Assembly (NCBI GenBank): GCA_016844925.1
Contig: JAERTI010000043.1
Coordinates: 133,110 to 197,109, forward strand
Direction: 5' to 3'
Length of the DNA: 64,000 nucleotides
Origin: Candidatus Uhrbacteria bacterium
GTDB lineage: Bacteria > Patescibacteriota > Patescibacteriia > UBA9934 > GWF2-40-263
In this document: piece after piece, positions 7,935 to 16,970 of the stretch
How positions within the stretch are numbered: the first letter of the stretch is position 1
Layout of the letters: each line of letters opens with the position of its first letter
Program-made: the position numbers and the translations under genes
Notes under the pieces: model-generated
The model's input: the letters and a program-made list of their open reading frames with translations, nothing else
The model's database searches: none
Told to the model about the DNA's origin: nothing

Positions 7935-9863
7935 CTACTCATCAGAGCTCTCCTCGGCCTCCTCCTCTTCTGCGCCACTGGCCTCTTCCTCAGAAGAACC
8001 CTCGACTGATTCCTCGTTCTCTTCTTCGGCATCTGGGTCAATGCCCACTAGGCAGATTTTTGCGAGCGGTCGGTAATGTGAGTCAAAGGTTGTTTCTTCT
8101 AGCTCGCCATCTGGATGTGCCACAGAGTACGTAAACGAGGTGTCAGCTCCAATGTGAGCCTCCTGACACTCTTCTTCTCCAGGTTCCAGGTCCTCTGTTT
8201 CAATGTACTGCGTTTCTCCAACAGGAATCCAGCGGTGAACGACGGGTGCGGTGTACGAACCCTGTCGACCATCGGACGTTCCCCAGAAGGTGAAACGGAG
8301 TTCTTGTGTCTCGGTAAGGTTCTCGGCTTGGAAGAGGACGTACGAGTCCGTGTTGTTGGTGAACTTATAATCCGGAGCAGGTTCGTAGATAGTAGCGTCT
8401 GTTCCAGGGAGTCCGTTGGATGGATCGTTGTAGTAGGAGACAACAAGGGAGTGATTACGTCTTTCTGCTACCGAGAGACCGGCATTCATGGTTGCGCGGA
8501 AGGTGGTGGTTCCAATCTGACAGAGCCCTCCACCGATCTCTGGTTCGATTTTGTCACCTTTAATAACAAGTTCTGGGAGGTAGCCATTTTCGAAGGTGAA
8601 AGGAGAGAGGGATTCAACAAGAGAAAAGGTTTCTTCTGGAGCGATCAGGATACCGTTGAGAAGATCAACGCCGTTTTGAATGTTTTGTTGGCGATTCCAT
8701 GGGCTGCCTCGGTAGCTGGATGTGCCGGTGCCGAGGATTTCCGTAATACCGAGATCATTAATATCAGCAACGGTCACCGATGGCTCCTCCGTAACGATGG
8801 TGAGTTCAATGGTCTTTTCTTCTGGGGAGCGGACGAGCGTAAGAAGTTCCTCTGTAAGAAGGTTGATGGCAACAGATTGTCCATTCTCGCTTTCGACAAA
8901 ATCCGTAACGCGTCCGTCTGTAAGTTCCAGACGCGCATCTTGCGCTGGGCTGTCCACGCTGGTTGTGATGGTTTCGGTCCACGTGGTGAGGAGTTCCTCA
9001 TCCAGGGCAAGTTGACCATCTTCGCCAGGGAGAAGCATCTCACTGAGCTGCTCAGCGGTAAGTTCCCAGGTGAGTCCTTCGTCGGTTAGCGCAATTTTGT
9101 ACGGGGCGGCTGCGAGTGCTGCTGTCGCGGCCTCAGATTGACTCTTAGCGCTCGCAACAGATACACGGGGTTCCTGGTCCAAGAGCCCGATCTCAATCGT
9201 TGAGGTATCTAGCAGAGTTAGCTGACCAGAAAGTGTCTCAAAGAATGGTTCCCACTGGAACTCTCGCCCGGCCTCGCCGGTTTTTACGTTGACTAGCCAT
9301 CCTTCTGAGGTGAGTGCTGGCTGAAAACTTGCGCTTACCGAGAGGGATTCTGTTTCTGGGAACAGCTCGAGTACACGGGCCTTTACCAGATCTTCTTGTG
9401 CGCTTACCAATACGCCTGTGTGAACTGGCTCAAAGAGACGTTCAAGCATGCGAAGCGTATCGCCATGAGGGGTTGTCCCATGAAATGCCATGAGGTTCTC
9501 AATCGTGTCATCGAGGTAAAAGGCCACGTCCTCAATAAGGTCTGTTGAAACGAGCGTGACCAGTGAGAGAGGCTTCTCCTCTCCATCTACACGGACCACA
9601 AGTCCGCCAGTCACAATCTCGTCGATCTTTTCTTGGAGGAGTACTTGTGCCTGCTCTGGGTCGAGACCACCTAAGGCAAGCTCTCCAATGTAAACGTTTG
9701 GCGGAATGCGCCCCTCATACTCTTGGGCCCAAACATAGGCGCCAGCTACAAATAGAACGAGCATCATGCCAAGGCTGATGCCGAGGAATGTGAGTGCCTT
9801 CCAAAAACCTCTCGGCTTGTCTGCCGAGAGGAGGTTGTGGTCTTTGTGAAGATTGTCAGTCAT
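7935..9863 (-). CDS. VanW-family protein with N-terminal TM and acidic C-terminal tail
   Basis: VanW-like core (YRGSPWNRQQNIQNGVDLLNG..., GGGLCQIGTTTFRA); E/S-rich tail. Confidence 0.65.
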   Translation of the reverse strand: MTDNLHKDHNLLSADKPRGFWKALTFLGISLGMMLVLFVAGAYVWAQEYEGRIPPNVYIGELALGGLDPEQAQVLLQEKIDEIVTGGLVVRVDGEEKPLSLVTLVSTDLIEDVAFYLDDTIENLMAFHGTTPHGDTLRMLERLFEPVHTGVLVSAQEDLVKARVLELFPETESLSVSASFQPALTSEGWLVNVKTGEAGREFQWEPFFETLSGQLTLLDTSTIEIGLLDQEPRVSVASAKSQSEAATAALAAAPYKIALTDEGLTWELTAEQLSEMLLPGEDGQLALDEELLTTWTETITTSVDSPAQDARLELTDGRVTDFVESENGQSVAINLLTEELLTLVRSPEEKTIELTIVTEEPSVTVADINDLGITEILGTGTSSYRGSPWNRQQNIQNGVDLLNGILIAPEETFSLVESLSPFTFENGYLPELVIKGDKIEPEIGGGLCQIGTTTFRATMNAGLSVAERRNHSLVVSYYNDPSNGLPGTDATIYEPAPDYKFTNNTDSYVLFQAENLTETQELRFTFWGTSDGRQGSYTAPVVHRWIPVGETQYIETEDLEPGEEECQEAHIGADTSFTYSVAHPDGELEETTFDSHYRPLAKICLVGIDPDAEEENEESVEGSSEEEASGAEEEEAEESSDE

Positions 9864-9887
9864 AGGGCGGGGTCTTGCGGAGGTCTC

Positions 9888-10292
9888 CTAGTCTATCTCG
9901 ATGACCGGGACCGTTTTTTCCATTTCATCCTTGTTCATCGTTATCGTCAAGATACCTCGCTTAAGTGTGGCATCGACGCTATCGCCGTCAACGTGGCAGG
10001 GGAGGATAATCGTGCGAGAAAAGGCGCCCCAATGACACTCCTGCACATGGAGCCGTTCATCTGATCTTGATTCACAGCCATGATTCCGACTACCTCGGAT
10101 TGTGAGGGTGTCGTCTGAGAGGGTGATTTCCAGGTCTTCAGCGCGTACGCCTGCTATGGCCGTACGGATGGTGATTTGCCTTGGGCTCTCAAGAACATCA
10201 ACAGAAAGCTTTCCCTCGTTGAGAGAGAGCCATTCGTGTCCGGATGCATCGATGAGATCCTGGGGTTTCATAACGGCTTTATTGTACCTCAT
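9888..10292 (-). CDS. Hsp20/alpha-crystallin small heat-shock protein
   Basis: ACD fold pattern, GILTITMNK C-terminal motif. Confidence 0.75.
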   Translation of the reverse strand: MRYNKAVMKPQDLIDASGHEWLSLNEGKLSVDVLESPRQITIRTAIAGVRAEDLEITLSDDTLTIRGSRNHGCESRSDERLHVQECHWGAFSRTIILPCHVDGDSVDATLKRGILTITMNKDEMEKTVPVIEID

Positions 10293-11061
10293 CCACCTTT
10301 AATGTTTCCATCTTTCCCGAGACGCTCCAGAGGAGGTTGAATAATTGCTCCATCATTTCCCGGAGAGAGCGGCTTTCAACCATCCAGTGAACCCCCTCGG
10401 ACTTTGTCGTGAAAAAGGCGACGGTATCGTCCCAGAATGAGATGTTTGCTCGAAATGTTAACTCACGGGGGAGGAAGCGTGCTTCGCGAAGTTCTTTTTG
10501 ATGGATGCCTGCGTTGTACTTTTTGATTTCGTGTTCACGCACACGCAGGCTCTTGAGCTCTACGCCCGCTTTCGTGCGCCGGCGTGTGTAATGGTACTTC
10601 TCACCAATCACATCCTGGAAGTCTTTTGCGGAGACGATTTCATAGACCACGCCGCTTTTGCAGGCGAGGGAGGCGTTGAAGATCTCGGTCACGCGTTCGC
10701 GAGTGAAGACGGTGAGGCGAGGGGTGGTGAGAGGCTCCTCCTTAACCTTCTCTAGCAACGGAAGGATGCCGGCGATCCCTCTGGCTTGCTCGGTGAGGAT
10801 TTGTTTGAACACTAATGGATCGCTCGCTCTGAACACAGAGCGGCTTTTTTGTTTGCTGACATCGATCACACCGCGATTTACGAGCCTGCCGATCGTCGAT
10901 TGCACTGTGCTTACGGGCATGCCGAGAGATTTTGCTAGGGGAGTGAGGGTGGTTTGCCCCATGGCCAAGAGGCCTAGATACACCTCTTGATCCTTAGTGT
11001 TAAAGCCAAAACCAGAAAGAACTTCGGTAATTTCTTTTTGGTTCGCTGGAGTGAGAGACAT
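10279..11061 (-). CDS. TrmB-family winged-HTH transcriptional regulator
   Basis: N-terminal HTH (EVYLGLLAMGQTTLTPLAKSLGMPVSTVQSTIGRLVNRGVI) typical of TrmB/ArsR-like sugar regulators. Confidence 0.6.
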   Translation of the reverse strand: MSLTPANQKEITEVLSGFGFNTKDQEVYLGLLAMGQTTLTPLAKSLGMPVSTVQSTIGRLVNRGVIDVSKQKSRSVFRASDPLVFKQILTEQARGIAGILPLLEKVKEEPLTTPRLTVFTRERVTEIFNASLACKSGVVYEIVSAKDFQDVIGEKYHYTRRRTKAGVELKSLRVREHEIKKYNAGIHQKELREARFLPRELTFRANISFWDDTVAFFTTKSEGVHWMVESRSLREMMEQLFNLLWSVSGKMETLKVDEVQ

Positions 11062-11083
11062 ATTTACGACGATTTTCGTAGAA

Positions 11084-11095
11084 ATCGATATCGAT
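11084..11095. promoter_or_regulatory. perfect palindrome ATCGATATCGAT, 23 bp upstream of the trmB-like gene start; candidate operator
   Basis: Read directly. Confidence 0.4.
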
Positions 11096-11228
11096 GATTT
11101 ACCTAAATTGTAGGCTTTTTTCTTCTTTTGTCAATCTAGCAACGATTTTTTAAGGCAAAAAAGTCGATCAGCTGCGATGATGCCTGTGCGTCGAGGGGAC
11201 GCAAACGTTCATTCCAATGGAGGTCATC

Positions 11229-11504
11229 ATGGCCAAGATCGTTCAAGGCGAGCAGAAGTGGTCTGCCGTGATTCGCTGTGCCCACCCCGTGTGTGGCATC
11301 GGCCTGAATCGCGTAGATGGGTGTTTCTCCCTAATCCGGATCGAGCTGAAAGACATTCAGCACTCGACGGACTGGGAGGGGGACACGACCTTCTGGGTCG
11401 ATTGCCCCGCTTGCGGACAGAAGCTGTATCCCGAGTGGCAGATCGGTAATGGGCCGCTCAACGTCATTCTGAGTAAGGAAAACAACGCACGGAGGACGGC
11501 ATGA
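11229..11504 (+). CDS. small Zn-ribbon protein (4 Cys)
   Basis: CAHPVCG ... DCPACG; GGAGG RBS; starts a GC-rich island. Confidence 0.5.
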   Translation: MAKIVQGEQKWSAVIRCAHPVCGIGLNRVDGCFSLIRIELKDIQHSTDWEGDTTFWVDCPACGQKLYPEWQIGNGPLNVILSKENNARRTA

Positions 11505-11779
11505 AGGTTCTCAGTCCCGGTCGCGCCCAGAAGGGCTGGGCGCAGGAGTTCGACTGCACGGGTAAGGGTAACGGTGGCGGCGGCTGTGGAGCTCGGCTTC
11601 TGGTCGAGTACGGGGATCTGTACAAGACGCACAGCTACGACTACGGCGGCGGTCACGACGTCTACATCACGTTCCGGTGCGGCGCCTGCGGCGTCGAGAC
11701 GGACATCAAGTACACCGGTCCCAATCGCAGTGGGATCCGCGACAAGACTCGTTCGAGCGGTGGAGGTTGGCGTGACTGA
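11501..11779 (+). CDS. small Zn-ribbon protein, paralog of the preceding gene
   Basis: DCTGKGNGGGGCGA ... RCGACG; ATGA start/stop overlap. Confidence 0.5.
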   Translation: MKVLSPGRAQKGWAQEFDCTGKGNGGGGCGARLLVEYGDLYKTHSYDYGGGHDVYITFRCGACGVETDIKYTGPNRSGIRDKTRSSGGGWRD

Positions 11780-12191
11780 ACGACTCACGGTTGATGCCGT
11801 TCTCACTGACGGCACGCACATCCTGCTCATTGAGCGCGCGAAGGATCCCTACAAGGGGTGCCTGGCGTTCCCTGGTGGCCGCGTGGACCCTGGAGAGGAT
11901 TTGTTCACGGCCGCTGTGCGTGAGCTTGATGAAGAAGTGGGGCTCGTGCTCGACAAGGCGCTCTTGCTCCCGCTCACGGTGCTCGACATTCCCGGTCGCG
12001 ATCCGCGGCCTGGTCATGTCGCCGCGCATGTCTTCTGGGCGCACGTGGATCGCACGGTGATCGAGTCTGCTCGCGCAGCTTCGGATGCCAAGAGTGTGCA
12101 CATCACACGCCTTAACGAGATCGATCCTGCCGTCATGGCCTTCGATCACTACCTCGCCATCAAGGCTCTTCGCGAGCGCCTCGATGCCTAA
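11772..12191 (+). CDS. NUDIX hydrolase
   Basis: Nudix box GGRVDPGEDLFTAAVRELDEEVGL; GTG start with GGAGG RBS, overlapping the upstream stop. Confidence 0.75.
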   Translation: MTERLTVDAVLTDGTHILLIERAKDPYKGCLAFPGGRVDPGEDLFTAAVRELDEEVGLVLDKALLLPLTVLDIPGRDPRPGHVAAHVFWAHVDRTVIESARAASDAKSVHITRLNEIDPAVMAFDHYLAIKALRERLDA

Positions 12192-12192
12192 C

Positions 12193-12218
12193 CCCCCGGT
12201 ATACGACCGGGGCTTTTT
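12193..12218 (+). terminator. rho-independent terminator
   Basis: CCCCGGTATACGACCGGGG + CTTTTT. Confidence 0.7.
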
Positions 12219-12268
12219 CTTTACAGGCGGGTCTATGGGGACTATGCTCCAGGCCGAGGAGGTGAGCT

Positions 12269-12805
12269 ATGCTTGCTCGATTGGAACGTGCTCTGGCGGC
12301 CCTGCCGCAGTGGCTCCATGATCCTGATCTTTGGTACAGCATGGACGTGAATTACCACCCCCCGAGGGTGGAGCGTTTGTACCGCAAGTTCGAAGATGGT
12401 CGAATCTTCCTGCACTGCATCTACCCCTGTGGGAGGGATGAGGCTCTCATACATCCGCATCCATGGCCCAGCGCCATGCTGGTGCTGAGTGGCCGCTACC
12501 GGACCATCGTGGGTGCTGGTGCGCAGCGGAAGCGTCCCGTCATGGTCATGGAATCGATGGTGAGCGCCACGCCGGAGGCAGACTATCGCTACACGATGGA
12601 TAACCCTGCGGGCTGGCATTCCGTGATTCCCGAGGGAGGTCCGGTGTACAGCATCATGGTGGCGGGTCCAAGGTGGTCTCGCTGGATTCCGGAGGAGACT
12701 CTCGCAATCGCCGGGCGCCTCACGACGTTGACCCCCAATCGTGTCAGTGAACTTCTCGAGACCGTTGCTGGTCTGTACGCACAACATCAGCGTGCCAACG
12801 CTTGA
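12269..12805 (+). CDS. hypothetical protein
   Basis: ORF with GGAGG RBS; GC-rich. Confidence 0.5.
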   Translation: MLARLERALAALPQWLHDPDLWYSMDVNYHPPRVERLYRKFEDGRIFLHCIYPCGRDEALIHPHPWPSAMLVLSGRYRTIVGAGAQRKRPVMVMESMVSATPEADYRYTMDNPAGWHSVIPEGGPVYSIMVAGPRWSRWIPEETLAIAGRLTTLTPNRVSELLETVAGLYAQHQRANA

Positions 12806-12808
12806 GCC

Positions 12809-12835
12809 AGACCCTTACGACAGGGTCTTTTTTCT
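12809..12835 (+). terminator. rho-independent terminator
   Basis: AGACCC-TTACGACAG-GGTCTTTTTTC. Confidence 0.7.
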
Positions 12836-12842
12836 TTGCATT

Positions 12843-12872
12843 AAAAAAACAGCCCGGAGGCTGTTTTTTTAT
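12843..12872. terminator. bidirectional terminator
   Basis: AAAAAAACAGCC-CGGA-GGCTGTTTTTTT. Confidence 0.7.
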
Positions 12873-12875
12873 CTG

Positions 12876-13565
12876 TTATTTCAACTCGTATTGCCTGAGC
12901 CATTCATAGAGCGGCCCGATCGTGAACCCCACGACGGCTGCCCACATGAGCTCCTGCAGAGGCACGCCCCCAATGAGGAACGTGGCCGCTGCATCGAGTT
13001 GCCAGAAGCCGGCGGCGTCGACGGGGAAGAGCCGGACAAAGAAGATTTGCTCGACGATGAAAACCAGACCGGCGAGGAAGAGTCCTGAGAGCAGGGCATT
13101 CATGAGTAGGTCGTGCCGGTCGGCAATGACGTACATTCCTATAAGGAGTCCTCCAGCAATCAGTGATTGAATGCTTGAGAGGTCAAAGACGTGAATGAGC
13201 AGGAGTGAGGAAAACGCCCAGAGGCCCATGACTAGGGTCAGGTGCGCCATCCAGTGTCCTGCGTGCTCTACGTGGTAGTGGCCTTTGCGGAGTTTATGCG
13301 CGTGTTTGCCAATGAGTACCTGGTAGATCACCGCAGCAATACCAAAGATGGAGAAGGCAAAGATGAGGTCTTCGATACCGATGGCCGTAGCGGTGGTGGA
13401 GACGAGCTGTCGGTAGTCCTCGGCAACGATGATGAGCACACCTGGTGCAAGAACAAGTCCCACAACAGACATAATGATCTGTTCACGACGTGTCTCGTTG
13501 GAGAAAAGGAACATCGCAAGCCAGACGATGAAAAAAATAATCGAGGCTAAAAGAAACGCTGTCAT
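12876..13565 (-). CDS. integral membrane protein (about 7 TM), hypothetical
   Basis: Multiple hydrophobic spans. Confidence 0.55.
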   Translation of the reverse strand: MTAFLLASIIFFIVWLAMFLFSNETRREQIIMSVVGLVLAPGVLIIVAEDYRQLVSTTATAIGIEDLIFAFSIFGIAAVIYQVLIGKHAHKLRKGHYHVEHAGHWMAHLTLVMGLWAFSSLLLIHVFDLSSIQSLIAGGLLIGMYVIADRHDLLMNALLSGLFLAGLVFIVEQIFFVRLFPVDAAGFWQLDAAATFLIGGVPLQELMWAAVVGFTIGPLYEWLRQYELK

Positions 13566-13588
13566 ATGCCCATAGTGTACCGTATCTC

Positions 13589-13617
13589 TTGACAGGCTGC
13601 TATCTGCTCGGTAGTGT
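13589..13617 (+). promoter_or_regulatory. promoter-like TTGACA-17-TAGTGT
   Basis: Read directly; about 28 nt shared with the site at 13967. Confidence 0.4.
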
Positions 13618-13623
13618 CAGTCC

Positions 13624-13964
13624 ATCGCTCTTTGTGTCCCTGCAGGGCCAGCCACCCTGAACCCTCCACCTCTTGGACTCTTGGTCCTGTGGGGGCACCC
13701 ATCTTCCTCTCGGAGTCGTGCGTTGGCATGTGGTGTCCGCGTCTCCTCCTACTTGGCCCCTTCACGTGCGGCCCCGAGAGGAACCTTCTGTGCTCCTCCA
13801 GCTCTGCCGGTACATCTCCCTGCCTCGATGAGACCGAATGAGCTGGGGGAGCCACCATCTCACGCTCCCGTGTTCCCTGTTTGCTTGTCCCATCCCCCCC
13901 CAGGCTCTGGACAGGTTGTAGCCGGGAGTGTCTTTCCCCCGTCGCATACGTGCGGCGGTTTTTA
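13624..13964 (+). ncRNA. candidate about 340-nt pyrimidine-rich non-coding transcript; alternatively a low-complexity minus-strand ORF 13562..14065
   Basis: Promoter at 13589, no convincing ORF, terminator-like hairpin CCCCCGTCGCATACGTGCGGCGGTTTTT at 13937..13964. Confidence 0.25.
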
Positions 13965-13966
13965 TA

Positions 13967-13995
13967 TTGACAGAGGGCTATCTCAGCGGTACGCT
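13967..13995 (+). promoter_or_regulatory. promoter-like TTGACA-17-TACGCT upstream of gene 14026
   Basis: Read directly. Confidence 0.4.
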
Positions 13996-14025
13996 CGCAG
14001 CCCCTCAAACGTTTAGGGAGGTCCT

Positions 14026-14967
14026 TTGCCCATTCAATTCCACATGGAGCCCAAGCGGCGGCCAATGAGCTGGGAGGCGTTCTGCAAGGAAATGCCCCCG
14101 CGTTCCATTGCTGTCGATGGGTTCGTGCACGGTCCGCCGCGCAACGACTACCAGAAGCTCTACTTCAACTTCGACCACCACGACGGTCCGCCGCGCGGGG
14201 CCATGCTCTGCTCTGGCCGTCAGGTGCGCGAGGCCATCCACGACGGTCTGCTGGACCTGCTCATGCCCACCGGCACGGAGGTGGTTCACATCTGGATGAA
14301 CGACTGCGACCCGGATGTGGCCCTGTGCTACTTCTGCCTCATGCAGCCGTGGAGTGTGGAGAACCTGGTGAACCCGGCGCTCAACCGTCTGTTCGGTCAC
14401 ATCGACCTGATGGACAAGCGCAGTGGCCTGGTGGACATGCATCGCGGTATCCCGATCGTCGGGCAAGCCGCCTGGGTGATGCAGCCCTACTGGGAGGCTC
14501 GATTCTCTGGTGCGCTGGATCAGAAGGATCCAGGGCTGCACATGAGCGTTCTTGAGAGCATCCGTGCTCGCATCAACGACTTCAGCGCCGCACGCCCACA
14601 GTCACTCCCCATCGACGAGCGGTACGACTCTCTCCACGAAGGTGCGCGCTGGGCGGTGGTGAGAGAACATGGGCCGCACGCCCGCATGGCCATGGCTAGG
14701 CGCGGTTTGCGCGGCTTCGTCAGCGTGCGCCCGCTCGCCGGTGGCAAGTTCTACTACACGCTCTGCCGCTACAGCGCGAGCATCTACTGGTTCCCACTCC
14801 CTGAGATCGCGGCACACCTGAACAAGGGTGAGCCTGCCGATGGTCAGTTCGGTGGCGGCGACATCGTCATGGGTAACGCCCGCGGCCCCGGCTCCCCGAG
14901 AGGCCCCAAGGAGATCTTCGAGGCCATCAGTGCCTTCCTGGCACAGAAGAACCTCACGCCCCCGTAA
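14026..14967 (+). CDS. hypothetical protein (GC-rich)
   Basis: TTG start 4 nt after AGGGAGG; no recognisable domain. Confidence 0.5.
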   Translation: MPIQFHMEPKRRPMSWEAFCKEMPPRSIAVDGFVHGPPRNDYQKLYFNFDHHDGPPRGAMLCSGRQVREAIHDGLLDLLMPTGTEVVHIWMNDCDPDVALCYFCLMQPWSVENLVNPALNRLFGHIDLMDKRSGLVDMHRGIPIVGQAAWVMQPYWEARFSGALDQKDPGLHMSVLESIRARINDFSAARPQSLPIDERYDSLHEGARWAVVREHGPHARMAMARRGLRGFVSVRPLAGGKFYYTLCRYSASIYWFPLPEIAAHLNKGEPADGQFGGGDIVMGNARGPGSPRGPKEIFEAISAFLAQKNLTPP

Positions 14968-14986
14968 CCCTTACGGGGATTTTTAA
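14960..14986 (+). terminator. rho-independent terminator
   Basis: CCCCGTAA-CCC-TTACGGGG-ATTTTTA. Confidence 0.7.
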
Positions 14987-15050
14987 TTGAAGGAAAAAGA
15001 AAAACCCCGACGGTGGTCGGAGTGAGATCGCCCGTATGGCGACGTGAAGT

Positions 15051-15914
15051 TTAGAACAAGGCGATGATGTCCTTGATGGTCACCCAGGCGAAGAGGCCGA
15101 TCATGGCCAGCCCCCCGGTGATCACCGTGATGTTCTGGAGAATCTGTGTTCGCTTTCTCCCGAAGATGGCTTCGGGGATCATCAGCAGGATCCGTCCTCC
15201 GTCCAGTGGAGGGAAGGGGATCAGGTTGAAGATGACCAGCGAGATGGAGAGACTGAAGGCTCTGAAGAGGAGTTCGTGGAATCCTTCCTTCGTGGCCTTG
15301 CTGGTTTCGGCGATGATGCCCACCGGTCCTGTCATCTTCGCGTCCGGCATCTGCTCGTCGAGCTTGTCGGTGAAGATGAGGGTGTAGACGACGTATCCCA
15401 TGTACGGCACGGCCTTGACCGAGAGCTCGGTGGCCAGCGGAACGGACTGCAGCGGCGCCACGCGCATGTGGTGCGTCACCGCGCCCGTGGTGTCGAGGGC
15501 CGGGTCCGTGAGGACGAGGGCGTCTTCGGGGATGGGGTACCGGTCCGTCAGGTACTCGGCGTTCCCACGGTAGCCGATGTTCATCAGCGCAGTCAGGATG
15601 ACGATGGCGCCGAGGAGGTTCATCGCCGGACCTGCCAGGTAGATGATGAAGCGCTTGAAGAAGCTCTGCGCCTCCAGGCAGTCGTCCGTCAGCTCACCGG
15701 TCTCGAGCTCGCTCTTGATCGAGACAAACCCTCCGAAGGGGATGAGTCGCAGGGACCACGTGTGGCCCAACCAGGTTCGCTGGACCAGTGCCCGACCGAA
15801 CCCGATGCTGAAGTCGTTCACGGTCGCGCCCGCCCAGCGGGCCGCCAGGTAGTGGCCCATCTCGTGGATGAACACGAGTAGGGACAGCATCCCAAGGGCA
15901 ATGAGTACAGACAT
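15051..15914 (-). CDS. M50-family site-2 protease (RseP-like, no PDZ)
   Basis: HEMGHYLAAR HExxH motif and NLIPFPPLDGG. Confidence 0.8.
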   Translation of the reverse strand: MSVLIALGMLSLLVFIHEMGHYLAARWAGATVNDFSIGFGRALVQRTWLGHTWSLRLIPFGGFVSIKSELETGELTDDCLEAQSFFKRFIIYLAGPAMNLLGAIVILTALMNIGYRGNAEYLTDRYPIPEDALVLTDPALDTTGAVTHHMRVAPLQSVPLATELSVKAVPYMGYVVYTLIFTDKLDEQMPDAKMTGPVGIIAETSKATKEGFHELLFRAFSLSISLVIFNLIPFPPLDGGRILLMIPEAIFGRKRTQILQNITVITGGLAMIGLFAWVTIKDIIALF

Positions 15915-16052
15915 TCGATCTCCTTATGCCGGCCGATGAGTATGTGGCATGAGGTGGAAGTTGTCAATGTATTGTACAAATAAGAAGAGAGTTTTTTGAA
16001 GTTTCATTGATCATTCTGTATATTGAAGTATATTTCTTAAAAGAAACAAGAT

Positions 16053-16292
16053 ATGTTTAAAGAAGGTGGTAGGGGTGATCGAGAGCCGTCTCCGGAAGAA
16101 CGAAGAGAAGAATTGTTTGCTGAACTACAAGACTTCATGGAGGAGTTTGGGAAGGAGTTTGACACCCCAAGCAAACGAAGTGATTTATCGGGCATTGATA
16201 TAGTTCGATTTGCGAGGGGGATGAAACTTTTTGAGGAGGTAAAACGATTGATCGTGGCGGATGTTGAAAAAAATGTTCCAACGAATGGGTGA
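16053..16292 (+). CDS. small hypothetical protein
   Basis: ORF after an AT-rich promoter region. Confidence 0.35.
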   Translation: MFKEGGRGDREPSPEERREELFAELQDFMEEFGKEFDTPSKRSDLSGIDIVRFARGMKLFEEVKRLIVADVEKNVPTNG

Positions 16293-16347
16293 AGTAAGAG
16301 ATGTTGACCAGGTTGTCTGAGGGTAAACGAAATGGAAGATATTATTT

Positions 16348-16962
16348 ATGTACACAGGAATTATCCAAGCGCTCTGCCCGGTGGTGGAGTTGCAAGACAA
16401 ACCAGGACTCAAGAGCTTTGTCGTTGAGCTCCCAGAAAATCTTCTCGCCGGTCTTAAGCTCGGGGCCAGCGTGTCTATCGACGGCACATGTTTTACCGTC
16501 ACGTCCATTGATGGTCAGCGCGTAAGTTTTGATGCCATGCAGGAGACCCTCGATAAGACTACGATAGGCTCTCTTAAGCAGGGAGACTCGGTGAATATCG
16601 AGCGCTCTGCCAAGATGGGGGATGAGATCGGTGGGCACCCTATGAGTGGTCACGTTTCCACCATGGCGGAGATTATTGATATGCAAGAGAGTGAGAACAA
16701 TCGCTCCATGACGTTTAAGGTGCATCCTGATTGGATGCGTTTTGTTTTTTCAAAAGGGTTTGTTGGCCTAGATGGCGCATCACTAACGGTCGTCGATGCG
16801 GACAAAGATGCAGGGACATTCGTCGTCCACTTCATTCCCGAGACGCTCCGACTCACACGGTTCGGGACAAAGCAGGTGGGGGATAGGGTGAACGTGGAGA
16901 TCGATCCACAAACACAGGTAATCGTGGAGACAGTAGAGAGAGTTTTAAGTGAACAGAAATAA
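16348..16962 (+). CDS. ribE: riboflavin synthase alpha subunit
   Basis: MYTGIIQ... start and two lumazine-binding repeats. Confidence 0.8.
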   Translation: MYTGIIQALCPVVELQDKPGLKSFVVELPENLLAGLKLGASVSIDGTCFTVTSIDGQRVSFDAMQETLDKTTIGSLKQGDSVNIERSAKMGDEIGGHPMSGHVSTMAEIIDMQESENNRSMTFKVHPDWMRFVFSKGFVGLDGASLTVVDADKDAGTFVVHFIPETLRLTRFGTKQVGDRVNVEIDPQTQVIVETVERVLSEQK

Positions 16963-16970
16963 TCAAATCT

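Noticed and set aside
15915-16350. Looked for an FMN riboswitch upstream of ribE/ribH
   Set aside because: There is no match to the conserved FMN-element core (e.g. GGATGGG...CCCGAC pairing segments). A small ORF (16053..16292) occupies the space instead.
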